A stretch of 64,000 bases of DNA from Myxococcota bacterium (GTDB taxonomy: Bacteria > Myxococcota_A > UBA9160 > UBA6930), in assembly GCA_965223415.1 (NCBI GenBank), contig OZ245002.1:4352001-4416000 (forward strand). The letters are read 5' to 3'. The position numbers and the translations under genes were made by a program. The notes beneath the pieces are model-generated. The model saw nothing but the letters and a program-made list of their open reading frames with translations. It was not told the DNA's origin and did not search any database. The number at the start of each line of letters is the position of its first letter. Within the stretch, counting starts at the first letter, position 1. Positions 10,318 through 19,314 of this stretch are shown piece after piece.

Positions 10318-11886
10318 ATGAAGGTCACGCTCGTCTACCCCTCGACCCTGCCCGGCGAGAAGCCCGAGTACGGGCTTCCGCCGATGGGGATTCTCTACAT
10401 CGCTGCCGAGCTTCGCCGCGCGGGGGTGGACGCGGACGTCATCGACGCGGACATCGACGGCCTCACGGTCAAGGAGACCGTCGATCGGATCATCGCCCAG
10501 GAGCCGGACCTGGTCGGCTTCTCGGTGATGACGCCCCAGATCCCGGCCACCCTCGAGGCCTGCTTCTGGCTGAAGCAGCTCGCGCCCGAGATCCCGATCG
10601 TGATCGGCGGCGCCCACATCAGCTCCACCCACACCGACATCTTCATGCTCAGCGAGGACTTCGACTTCGCCGTCAGCGGCGAGGGCGAGCTGACCATGAT
10701 CGAGGTGTGCCAGGCGATGCAGCACGGCACGCTGCCCGACTGCCTGAAGGACATCAAGGGCGTCATCTACAAGGACCAGAACGGGATGGTCATCACCAAC
10801 GGCCCGCGCTCCTTCTACAAGGAGCTCGATGACTTCGCGCCCATCGACTACGGCATGGTCGACGTGATGAAGTACAAGATCCCGACCCTGCCCGGGCCGC
10901 CGGTGGTCGGGCTCATGATCACGCGCGGGTGTCCCTTCAAGTGCACCTACTGCGACGCGCCGACAACGACCGGCAAGAAGATCCGCTACCACTCGCCGGA
11001 CCGCGCCGTGTCCGACATCGTGCGGCTCCACGAAGAGTTCGGCGTCCGCGGCTTCTCCTTCCGCGACAGCACCTTCACCGCGAAGAAGAAGTGGGTCGTC
11101 GAGTTCTGCGAGAAGCTGATCGAGGCGGACATCGACGTGGAGTGGCGCTGCAACACGCGCGTCGACTGCGTCACCGAGGACCTCATCAAGCTGATGAAGA
11201 AGGCGGGCTGCCACACCATCAACTTCGGTGTCGAGTCCCTGCACCCGGAGATCGTCGCCCGGATCAAGAAGGAGGTGGAGCCCGAGCAGGTCCGGAAGGC
11301 GCACCGCTGGACCAACAAGTACGGGATCCGCACCTACACGACCTTCCTGGTCGGCTCGCCGGGCGAGACGGACGAGACCATCCGTTACACCCTGGAAGAG
11401 GCCAAGAAGCTCCGGCCCAGCATGGCGATGTTCTTCGTGACGATCGGATACCCGGGCACGGAGATGTACACGGAGGCCGTGAAGGAGGGCCTGGTGGAGC
11501 CGCGCTGGTGGCACACCCAGGGCTGGGACGAGGACAAGGTGACCGCCTTCGAGAAGCGCTGGGGCTGGAGCGCCGACGCCGGCGCCCTGACCATCCCGGG
11601 CTTCGACGCCGAGGCCTGGCAGAAGCGCTGCACCCGCGAGTTCTACCTGCGGCCCCGCTTCATATGGGACACGGCGGTCTTCATCCTGAAGAACCCGTAC
11701 TTCCTGCGCCACGCGGTCACCCTGGCCAAGGAGCTCGTGCCCCTCCACAAGATCAAGCTCCCCTTCCTCGGGAAGAAGAAGCAGGTCAACGAAGAGGCCC
11801 AGAAGTTCTCCCAGTGCCCGTCGGAGCCCACCAAGGCCTACGTGAAGCGGGACACGGAGAGCCGCAGCGCCATCGACGCGGGCTGA
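10318..11886 (+). CDS. Cobalamin-binding radical SAM enzyme (paralog A)
   Basis: N-terminal B12-binding domain (PPMGILYIAA, DLVGFS, IGGAH); TRGCPFKCTYC; FGVES; PGET; YPGT. Confidence 0.92.
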   Translation: MKVTLVYPSTLPGEKPEYGLPPMGILYIAAELRRAGVDADVIDADIDGLTVKETVDRIIAQEPDLVGFSVMTPQIPATLEACFWLKQLAPEIPIVIGGAHISSTHTDIFMLSEDFDFAVSGEGELTMIEVCQAMQHGTLPDCLKDIKGVIYKDQNGMVITNGPRSFYKELDDFAPIDYGMVDVMKYKIPTLPGPPVVGLMITRGCPFKCTYCDAPTTTGKKIRYHSPDRAVSDIVRLHEEFGVRGFSFRDSTFTAKKKWVVEFCEKLIEADIDVEWRCNTRVDCVTEDLIKLMKKAGCHTINFGVESLHPEIVARIKKEVEPEQVRKAHRWTNKYGIRTYTTFLVGSPGETDETIRYTLEEAKKLRPSMAMFFVTIGYPGTEMYTEAVKEGLVEPRWWHTQGWDEDKVTAFEKRWGWSADAGALTIPGFDAEAWQKRCTREFYLRPRFIWDTAVFILKNPYFLRHAVTLAKELVPLHKIKLPFLGKKKQVNEEAQKFSQCPSEPTKAYVKRDTESRSAIDAG

Positions 11887-11895
11887 ACACCGGTC

Positions 11896-11914
11896 CCCGC
11901 CCCTCCGGGGCGGG
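11896..11914 (+). terminator. GC-rich hairpin after the radical SAM gene
   Basis: CCCGCCCC-TCC-GGGGCGGG, 8-bp stem about 10 nt after the stop; no U-tract. Confidence 0.3.
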
Positions 11915-11972
11915 AGAATGCGAGTCGGCCGCCCCCGAGATTCGCCTACGCTAGGTCTCGGAGGGTCGAGCC

Positions 11973-14228
11973 ATGGATGCTGTCCCGGATCGTCGTCTGC
12001 GCGGATCCCGTCGACGCCTCGGCTTCGGAGTACTGCTCGCACTTCTCGCGGCCAGCGCGCTCGCGCCGCGTTGCCAGGGGCCGACGCCCATCCAGGGTCT
12101 CGTCTACGGGCCGGGCGGCGGGTTGCTGCTGATGTCCGACGCCGAGTTCGGCCTTTGGAGGGACTCGCCGGACCTGACCTACGTCCTGTTCGCCCAGCGG
12201 CCCCTCGACTCGCTCGACGCGACCGACCGTGCTCTTCTCGCCAGCCGCGCGCAGGAGCTGTCGGACGAGGGCAAGAAGCTGATCCTCCAGATCTGGTGGG
12301 GCGGCCAAGAGGTCTTCATCAGTGGTCCCCGAGGCTACTACTGGCCCTGGGAGGTGTACTCGCTCCCCAACATCGCCCGGGACGGCGACGTGCAGGCGCG
12401 CTTCCTCGACCACGCCGTGAAGCCCCTGATCGACCTGATCGGCCCGCAGAACCTCTACGGCGTGCATCTCCTCGAGGAGAGCGGCCTCCAGCACGCCTCC
12501 GACGCGGACGATCCCGGGCAGTGCGGTCCGGACGACGTGCCCGCCGAATGCCTCGGCGACCACATGCTGACCTGCCTCGACGACGACCTCGGCAACGACG
12601 ACCCGGTGTGCAGCGGGCTGTGCGCGGACTTCGTCGACGGATCACTGAACGACGACGGCAACGCGTACGACACGCCGTACTTCGCGGCGCGAAACTACGC
12701 TGCGGACGCGAAGTACGACGGCCTCCGGATGTGCAACGTGTTCCGGCATCGGGGCGACTTCAAGGCGATCACCGGACTCGACCTGTACGATCCGCCGGAC
12801 TGTGATTGTCCTTCCGGCGTCGACGGCGACTGCCTGAAGGACTGCATCGACGCCGACATTCCGAGGGACGTCGTCGAAGGGTGGATCGCACAGCGTCTCG
12901 TGATCGACGCGGAGCGCGCCTTCGCAGGATTCGTCCGAGCCGAGTACCCCGGACTGAAGGTCTTCTCCTGGCTCAGCTGCGACCTCAACAGCAATACCGC
13001 GGTTGGCGACTGCGCCGATCTGGCGTCAGTCGTCGACGGTTTCATCCTCCAGGGCGGCTCCAACTTCGCCGCCGCCTATCGCGAGGTACGCCAAGCAAGG
13101 CGACTCCTGCCGGGCGCAGAGCTGCTGTTCCAGGGGCACATCGACGCCGACCTGGACTGGATCGACAAGGTGCGACTGGCGACGCTCGGTTTCGTGGGCG
13201 GGGCGGAGGCGTTCGGGATCCTGGCCGACGAGCACAGCTGGCAGGATCCCGAGGTCGCCGCCGATCCCACGAAGTGGGGCGACGACCAGGCGATCCACGC
13301 CACGCTTCGCAGGCTCGATCCGATCGCTCCGGAGAACCGGGTGCTGGTCGTGTCGGCCATCACGCAGGACCTGCTGAGCGACGTCTATCAGCTCGCCGCG
13401 TTCAGCCATTTCGACGCCGTCGCACCCCAGGACCTGCACGCGATCGAGCTCTCGGACTACGACCTCATCGTCTTCTACGCGAACGCGGCCGCGTCTGGCC
13501 CCGAGCTGAGCCGCATCCAATGGGATCGGCCCGGGATCCAGGCGCAGTACGGGTTCGGGGGCTGGGCGGACGAGCAACGCCTGGAGACCTTCGTCCAGGG
13601 AGGAGGGCTCGTGGTGTTGATCGGGGCTTGGGATCTCGGCCCCGATCGTCCGCTGCTGACGAAGGACCACCTCGCGACCGGCGGCAACGACTCCAGCGGC
13701 GTGCGCACCCTGGATCCCAGCGGTTGGGCCTGCATGCCCCCCGGCGCCACCTATCAGACGCACATCCGCTACTTCAACCCGGTGACACACGGGCCGCTCT
13801 GGAGCGACGTCACCGTACTGGACCCGGCGCTCGAGGCGGCCGGGATCTACGTGCCGCGGGGAGCCGGCGCGGTGCTCGCGATGCCCATGTGGCGGATCTG
13901 TGTTGGGACGTGCGACACGGACGACATCGAGGGCGCCTACGCGCAGGCGTGGCGCCGCTACCTCCATGACGTCTTCTCGGCACTCGCGACCTGTCACGCG
14001 AAACCGGAGGTCCTGGAGGCACTCGTGGAGGGCGATGCGGGGCAGGGCTACCTGCGCCAGTCGGTGCTCGCCAAGCAGGGTGCGGCCCGCTGGGACGGCG
14101 TCACCACGATCACCTTCCTCGACGGGCCGACCCTCGACCTGGAGGGAGAGGACGTCTTCGGGGGCGCCGTGGACCCGACCTTCACCGAGGCGGACGGCGC
14201 CATGATCGTCGTGGACCCCACACCCTAG
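11973..14228 (+). CDS. Secreted Cys/Asp-rich hypothetical protein, possibly glycoside-hydrolase-like
   Basis: 751-aa ORF with GGAGG RBS, basic N-region and hydrophobic stretch; Cys/Asp-rich inserts; LSDYDLIVF...FVQGGGLVV resembles a class I glutamine-amidotransferase-like domain. Confidence 0.7.
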   Translation: MDAVPDRRLRGSRRRLGFGVLLALLAASALAPRCQGPTPIQGLVYGPGGGLLLMSDAEFGLWRDSPDLTYVLFAQRPLDSLDATDRALLASRAQELSDEGKKLILQIWWGGQEVFISGPRGYYWPWEVYSLPNIARDGDVQARFLDHAVKPLIDLIGPQNLYGVHLLEESGLQHASDADDPGQCGPDDVPAECLGDHMLTCLDDDLGNDDPVCSGLCADFVDGSLNDDGNAYDTPYFAARNYAADAKYDGLRMCNVFRHRGDFKAITGLDLYDPPDCDCPSGVDGDCLKDCIDADIPRDVVEGWIAQRLVIDAERAFAGFVRAEYPGLKVFSWLSCDLNSNTAVGDCADLASVVDGFILQGGSNFAAAYREVRQARRLLPGAELLFQGHIDADLDWIDKVRLATLGFVGGAEAFGILADEHSWQDPEVAADPTKWGDDQAIHATLRRLDPIAPENRVLVVSAITQDLLSDVYQLAAFSHFDAVAPQDLHAIELSDYDLIVFYANAAASGPELSRIQWDRPGIQAQYGFGGWADEQRLETFVQGGGLVVLIGAWDLGPDRPLLTKDHLATGGNDSSGVRTLDPSGWACMPPGATYQTHIRYFNPVTHGPLWSDVTVLDPALEAAGIYVPRGAGAVLAMPMWRICVGTCDTDDIEGAYAQAWRRYLHDVFSALATCHAKPEVLEALVEGDAGQGYLRQSVLAKQGAARWDGVTTITFLDGPTLDLEGEDVFGGAVDPTFTEADGAMIVVDPTP

Positions 14229-15753
14229 CCCTGATCCGGCATTGCGAGGTGTAGGGAAAGCCCGGAATTGAAAGTGGCTCCGTCGGTGTGCTTGATGGAA
14301 GTGCCAACCACCATCATGCCTCCGAGGAGCCACATTCGTGAAGCTAAGCAGACACCGGATTCGAGCCCGCGTCAAGGGCGAATTGTCGATCGCCTTCACG
14401 GATGAGGCGCTGACGAGCTACGGCGGGCTGGAGCTGTTCCGGCGCTTCTTCGACCGCTTTTGGGCAGAGCGCCTGAAAGCGGCCTTTGCGGATCGGGCGT
14501 TCGACTCGGACTACGGATCCTTCCGCTGCATGCTGGTGGTGGTGGGGATGCTGCTGCTGGGAGGGAGCCGTCTCTCGCATGTCCGGGTGCTCGATCGGGA
14601 TCCGTTGTTTCGGCGGTTCGTCCGATTGCAGCGGCTTCCGGACGAGCGGACCCTGGCGAGGAACCTGAAGGAGCTGACGTCGGGCTACCGCGATCGTCTG
14701 AACGAACTGCTGCGGGACATGGCCTATGGAACCCACACAGGGCTCGGCTTGGAGCGGGCCACGATCGAGCTGGACGGCACCGTGCTTCGGACGGGCGAGT
14801 ACGTGGACGGCGCCGAGCGCGGCTTCAACCCACATCACCCGAAGGACCCGTCCTACTACCCGCTGACGGCGCACCTGGCGCAGACGAGCCAGCTGCTCGG
14901 CGTATGGAACCGGCCGGGCAATGTGAACGATGCGGTGGGCGCTGCGGAGAAGCTGGCCTTTCTCCTGGGCGACGCGAAGCGGCGCCTCGATCGGGTCCCG
15001 ATCGAGGTGCGGCTCGATGGCGCCTTCTTCCAGAAGGCCGTTCTCGAGGTTCTCACGGCCTCTCGCGTGGAGTACGCCCTCAAGGTCCCCATGTGGCGCT
15101 GGCTCGGCGTGCGTGAGAAGATCGCCGCCCGGAAGCGTTGGCACCGCGTCAACGCGAGCGTCGACGCCTTCTCCGTCGTCCACCGGATCCCACAGTGGAA
15201 GCGCTGCGAGCGGATCGTGGTGTTCCGCAAGAAGGTCTCCGGGCGAAGCGCGAAGAACTTCCAGCTCGACCTCTTCACCCCGGACGATGGCCACTACGAG
15301 TACTCGATGGTCGCGACGAACAAGCGGACCAGCGAGGCCGCCGTCTGGGCCTTCATGGCCGGACGCGGCGGCCACGAGAAGACGCTGGCCGAGCTCAAAC
15401 AGCACCTGGCGTTCGCCACCATCCCGACCCAGGACTGGGACGCCAACAGCAACTGGCAGCTGCTCAGTGCCCTGACCCACAACCTGGTGCGGGACTTCCA
15501 AGCCACGCTTGGCCTGCCAGAGCGACCCAACGGCCGAAAGCGGACCGCCCGGCTCCGCTTCCCCTCGCTCCGCACGCTCCGCTTCGAGCTGATCCAGCTC
15601 CCTGGCCGCATCGCTCGGCCTGCCGGACGCGCTTCGCTCCGAATCGCCGCGTCCTCGCGCAGCCGCTCCACCATCCGGGCCGCCGAGACCGCGCTCGCCG
15701 CGTGAGCCCGCCAGACCTACGCTCGGATCCGTGATCTCAATGCCGGATCAGGG
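14229..15753 (+). mobile_element. Complete IS1380-family insertion sequence
   Basis: Perfect 16-bp terminal inverted repeats CCCTGATCCGGCATTG (14229-14244) and CAATGCCGGATCAGGG (15738-15753); CTAG on both flanks (14225-14228, 15754-15757). Confidence 0.9.
14338..15705 (+). CDS. IS1380-family DDE transposase
   Basis: LTSYGGL, IELDGT, SYYPL, RPGN, VRLDGAF, GRGGHEKTLAELK, AN..WQ...AL.HNL. Confidence 0.9.
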   Translation: MKLSRHRIRARVKGELSIAFTDEALTSYGGLELFRRFFDRFWAERLKAAFADRAFDSDYGSFRCMLVVVGMLLLGGSRLSHVRVLDRDPLFRRFVRLQRLPDERTLARNLKELTSGYRDRLNELLRDMAYGTHTGLGLERATIELDGTVLRTGEYVDGAERGFNPHHPKDPSYYPLTAHLAQTSQLLGVWNRPGNVNDAVGAAEKLAFLLGDAKRRLDRVPIEVRLDGAFFQKAVLEVLTASRVEYALKVPMWRWLGVREKIAARKRWHRVNASVDAFSVVHRIPQWKRCERIVVFRKKVSGRSAKNFQLDLFTPDDGHYEYSMVATNKRTSEAAVWAFMAGRGGHEKTLAELKQHLAFATIPTQDWDANSNWQLLSALTHNLVRDFQATLGLPERPNGRKRTARLRFPSLRTLRFELIQLPGRIARPAGRASLRIAASSRSRSTIRAAETALAA

Positions 15754-15760
15754 CTAGGCG

Positions 15761-16217
15761 CTACCCGGCTCCCGGCTCGGCCTTCCACGCCAGGCGGTAG
15801 ACGGCCCGGTGCGCCCGGGGGTCCACGGCCGTCCGCTCCGCCACGGCTTCGGCGGCGCAGAGCCCGGAGATCGGATGCATGCCGATGCCGAGGGAGAGCG
15901 GCCACAGCTCCCGGTTGATCAACGACGCAGGGATCTGTGAGAGCTCGCCAGCGCCCAAGGCGCTCGGCTCCCAACCGAGCAGACGTACAGCACCGGACAC
16001 GAAGGGGCGCTAGGCATGTCGAACTGGTCGTACACACAGTCGGCCAGCAGAGTGACGCCGCGCTCGGCGCAGAGGCTGGCGACCGTGTGCCCTCCGCTCG
16101 ATCGGCAGCCAGTGCATGCGGCCGGCCTGCTCCACGGCGGTCGTCGTCTCGGGCGCGCGCTGCCGTAGGGCCTCCAGGGCCTCGCGGCGCAGGAGCGCCG
16201 CGAACAGGTTCTTCATG
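15761..16217 (-). pseudogene. Frameshifted remnant of a hypothetical protein
   Basis: Protein-like segments in successive frames: MKNLFAALL...HWLPIE / TLLADCVYDQFDMP / RPFVSGAVRLLGWEP...AVYRLAW; stop at 15761. Confidence 0.45.
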
Positions 16218-16309
16218 TAGCTCGAGTGGACGGCCGGGCCGGATCCTTCGCGCGCGCCCCCGTGGATCGGTCGCCCGGCCCTGGCCCTTGAAGTCGCTAC
16301 CGTGGCGGC

Positions 16310-16861
16310 ATGACGCGACTCGTCGGCATCGCAGGAAGTCTTCGTCGGGACTCGTTCAACCGCGCGCTGCTGGGCGTCGCCCGGTTGCTGCTGCCGGAGG
16401 GCGCGTCGCTCGAGATCCTCTCGATCGACGACGTGCCCCTGTATCACGGCGATCTCGAGGACGCCTCCGGAGTTCCGGCCCCGGTGGAGGCGTTGAAGGA
16501 CGCCGTCGCAGCGGCGGATGGCCTCGTCCTCGCCACGCCCGAGTACAACGGGAGTGTCCCGGGCGTCCTGAAGAACGCCGTCGACTGGATGTCGCGTCCC
16601 ATCGAGGACCAGCCGCGCGTGCTCCACGGCAAACGGGTCGCCCTGCTCGGCGCGAGCCCGAGCCCGATGGGAACGAGCTCGGCCCAGAACGCCTGGCTGC
16701 CGGTGCTGCGCTCCCTGCGCATGGTGCTCTGGACCGAGCGCGGCTCCTTCCTCGTCGGTGGGGCCCATCAGGCGCTTCGCGACGGAGGGCTCGAGGACCC
16801 GCGGCTCCGCGGGCGGCTCGAGGGCTATCTCGCGGGCTTCGTCGCCTTCGTGCGGGACTGA
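16310..16861 (+). CDS. NADPH-dependent FMN reductase (ChrR-like flavodoxin fold)
   Basis: GSLRRDSFN, ATPEYNGSVPGVLKNAVDW. Confidence 0.92.
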   Translation: MTRLVGIAGSLRRDSFNRALLGVARLLLPEGASLEILSIDDVPLYHGDLEDASGVPAPVEALKDAVAAADGLVLATPEYNGSVPGVLKNAVDWMSRPIEDQPRVLHGKRVALLGASPSPMGTSSAQNAWLPVLRSLRMVLWTERGSFLVGGAHQALRDGGLEDPRLRGRLEGYLAGFVAFVRD

Positions 16862-16883
16862 CCCGTGCCGCGAACGCGTCCGG

Positions 16884-18026
16884 GTGGACGGGAGCGCTGA
16901 TCGGTCCGTGCTGCTCGTCGCCCACGTCGGCTTCTTCGTCTTCGGGACGCTGCTCGTCCTCGTCGGCGGCACGCAGGTGGCCCTTGCCGAAGGCCTCGGC
17001 GTGGCGCTCGAGGGAACGGGTGCGTTGGCCGGTGCCGTGTCTCTGGGTCTCGGCGTCGGCGTGGTGGCCGGCGGCCCGCCGACCGATCGCTGGCCGCGCC
17101 GGCCGCTCTTCGCAGGCGCGGCGCTGGTAGCCGCGGCGGGGCTCGGCTGGGGGGCAGCGGGCCGAGACGTCGCCAGTGTCGCCGGCGGTCTGGCGCTGGC
17201 TGGCGCCGGCGCGGGCTTCTTCGAGACGATCCTGAACACCGTCGTGGCCGAGCAGGATCCGCTTCGCGCCGAGCGCCGGCTCGCCTCGGTGCACGCGGCG
17301 GCGACGGCGGGAGCGGTCGTCGCACCGCCGCTCCTGGCGAGCTACGCCGAGGGGACGGGCTTCGGCGCCGCCTTCCTCGTTTGTGCGGCGGCCTTCGCGG
17401 CGCTCGGCCTGCTCGGTCTGGTCATCCCGCTGCCCCGGCCGGGCGAGGTGTCTCCCCGCGTCCCGGGCGCCCAGGCGGCCCTGCCGATCGGGACCCTGCT
17501 CCCGCTGCTCGCGGCGAGCGCCGCCTACGTCGGCCTGGAGACGGCGCTCACCGCCTTCGCGCCGGCCTTCGCCGACGGCCCGGCACCTTCGTCCGGCCGC
17601 GGCGTCGCGGCGATCAGCATGCTGTGGCTGGGCCTGCTGCTCGGACGCGTCGCCTTCCTCGCCACGGGACGCTCGGCCGATGCGGGCTGGCTCTTCGGGA
17701 CCGGTCTCCTGGCCACGGCGATGCTCGCCCTCGGTCTCACCACTGGCCTTCCCGGTCTGATTCCCGGCTTCTTCGCCCTCGGTTTCGTCCTGGGCGTGGT
17801 GTTCCCGGTGCTGATCGCCGTGACAGCGCGCCGCTTCCCGGCGCGGCGCGGGACCGCCGTGGGCCTGGTCGCTGGTGCGGGCGCCGTGGGCGGCACACTC
17901 CTTCCGTGGGCGGCGGGGGCGGTGGGCGATCGCGTGGGGCTCGCCGGAACCTGGGGCGTTCTCGTCGCGAGCTGCGCCACCCTCGCGGTGGCAAGCGGAT
18001 TCGCGGTGCGGCGTCGTCGGGCCTGA
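16884..18026 (+). CDS. MFS transporter
   Basis: About 12 hydrophobic segments; GPPTDRWPRR motif-A-like; GTG start chosen just after the upstream stop. Confidence 0.8.
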   Translation: MDGSADRSVLLVAHVGFFVFGTLLVLVGGTQVALAEGLGVALEGTGALAGAVSLGLGVGVVAGGPPTDRWPRRPLFAGAALVAAAGLGWGAAGRDVASVAGGLALAGAGAGFFETILNTVVAEQDPLRAERRLASVHAAATAGAVVAPPLLASYAEGTGFGAAFLVCAAAFAALGLLGLVIPLPRPGEVSPRVPGAQAALPIGTLLPLLAASAAYVGLETALTAFAPAFADGPAPSSGRGVAAISMLWLGLLLGRVAFLATGRSADAGWLFGTGLLATAMLALGLTTGLPGLIPGFFALGFVLGVVFPVLIAVTARRFPARRGTAVGLVAGAGAVGGTLLPWAAGAVGDRVGLAGTWGVLVASCATLAVASGFAVRRRRA

Positions 18027-18070
18027 CGCGCGCGAGGGGGCCCCGGCCCAATGGCTGCGTTGCCGGGCGC

Positions 18071-18348
18071 ATGAAGATCCTCTCCATCGAGGACCACGAG
18101 CTCTTCCGGGAGGTCTGCGGCGCGTCACCTCCGAGCTGCACGGCGCGCCGGAGCGGCTCGAGGCGCGCACGGCCGACGAGGCCTGGCCGATCCTCGCGTC
18201 GGAGCCCGAGGTGGGCCGGAGGCGCTCGGCCGGGTCCTCGCCGGAGAGGTCTACGTGCCGGCGGCCCTGCGCGCCGCCGCCGAGGGCGTGACGGTGCCGC
18301 GGCTCTCGCTCCGGCAGCGCGAGGTGGCCGAGCTGATGGCCGGCTTCT
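18071..18348 (+). pseudogene. Remnant of a NarL/LuxR-family response regulator
   Basis: MKILSIEDHELFRE (receiver start), frameshift, EAWPILASEPEV, deletion, GEVYVPAAL...LSLRQREVAELMA (start of LuxR HTH), truncated at the convergent gene. Confidence 0.7.
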
Positions 18349-19314
18349 TCACACGGGCTTGGGGATGAAGAGGGCGACGAGGCCGCCGAGGAGGCCCAGG
18401 GCCATCAGGCCGCTTCGCCAGAGCAGGCCCTGGGCGACGGCGAGGGCCGGGTCGACGCCGAAGGTGGCGAGGAGGGCGACCAGGGCGGCTTCGCGCACGC
18501 CGATGCCGCCGAGGCTCACCGGGGCGAAGGCGGCGATCTTCGCGAGGGGCCAGGCCACGGCCCAGACGGCCAGGCCGCAGTCGATCCCGATCGGCGCGCC
18601 CAGCAGGTCGTTGATGCAGGAGAGCGCGCCCTGCACGCCCAGCGCGATCGCGAGGGCCAGGGCGGTCGCGCCGCCTCGCGACGCCAGGGTGAGCGTCACC
18701 TCGCGGAGCCGCCCCACGACCCGGGCGACGCGGGCGGGCAGGCGGCCCGGGTCGAGGTAGCGCAGCACGACGAGCCCACCGAGCAGGCCGCCGAGCAGCA
18801 GCACCACCGAGAGCTCCAGCACCCGCAGCGCCGTGTCGTCCCGGGCGGCCGGTGCCAGCGCCAGGCCGACCGCGGCGATGGAGACGAGGGCGAGCAGGTC
18901 GAGCACCCGGTCGGCGATGCCCGCCGCCGTGGGGCCGGCCAGCTGGCCGCTGCTCCGGGCGGCGATCCCGGCGCGCACGAGATCGCCCCCGACGATCGAG
19001 GGCAGCCAGATGTTGGCGAAGAGCCCGGCCGCGTGGGCCCGCACGGCCACCGAGAGGGGCAGCGGCGTTCCGGACGCGCGCACCAGCACCGCCCACTTCA
19101 CCGCCGCGATCCCGTGGATCAGCGCGAAGAGCGCGACGACCCCGGCCCAGCGCCCGAAGCCGATGCCCGTGATGGCGGCGCCCACCTCGCCCAGGGGAAT
19201 CCACCAGAAGAGCAGCGCGAAGGTCAGGCCCGTGACGCCGAGGCGCCACAGGAGCGGCGTCCAGCGCTCCGGCAGCCGCACGCCCAGGCGCGCCAGGAAG
19301 CCGCCCTGGGTCAC
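18349..19314 (-). CDS. Lysylphosphatidylglycerol synthase TM-domain (flippase-like) protein
   Basis: GLFANIWLPSIVGGDLVR, DRVLD, PVSLGGIGVREA; GTG overlaps the upstream stop. Confidence 0.85.
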   Translation of the reverse strand: MTQGGFLARLGVRLPERWTPLLWRLGVTGLTFALLFWWIPLGEVGAAITGIGFGRWAGVVALFALIHGIAAVKWAVLVRASGTPLPLSVAVRAHAAGLFANIWLPSIVGGDLVRAGIAARSSGQLAGPTAAGIADRVLDLLALVSIAAVGLALAPAARDDTALRVLELSVVLLLGGLLGGLVVLRYLDPGRLPARVARVVGRLREVTLTLASRGGATALALAIALGVQGALSCINDLLGAPIGIDCGLAVWAVAWPLAKIAAFAPVSLGGIGVREAALVALLATFGVDPALAVAQGLLWRSGLMALGLLGGLVALFIPKPV

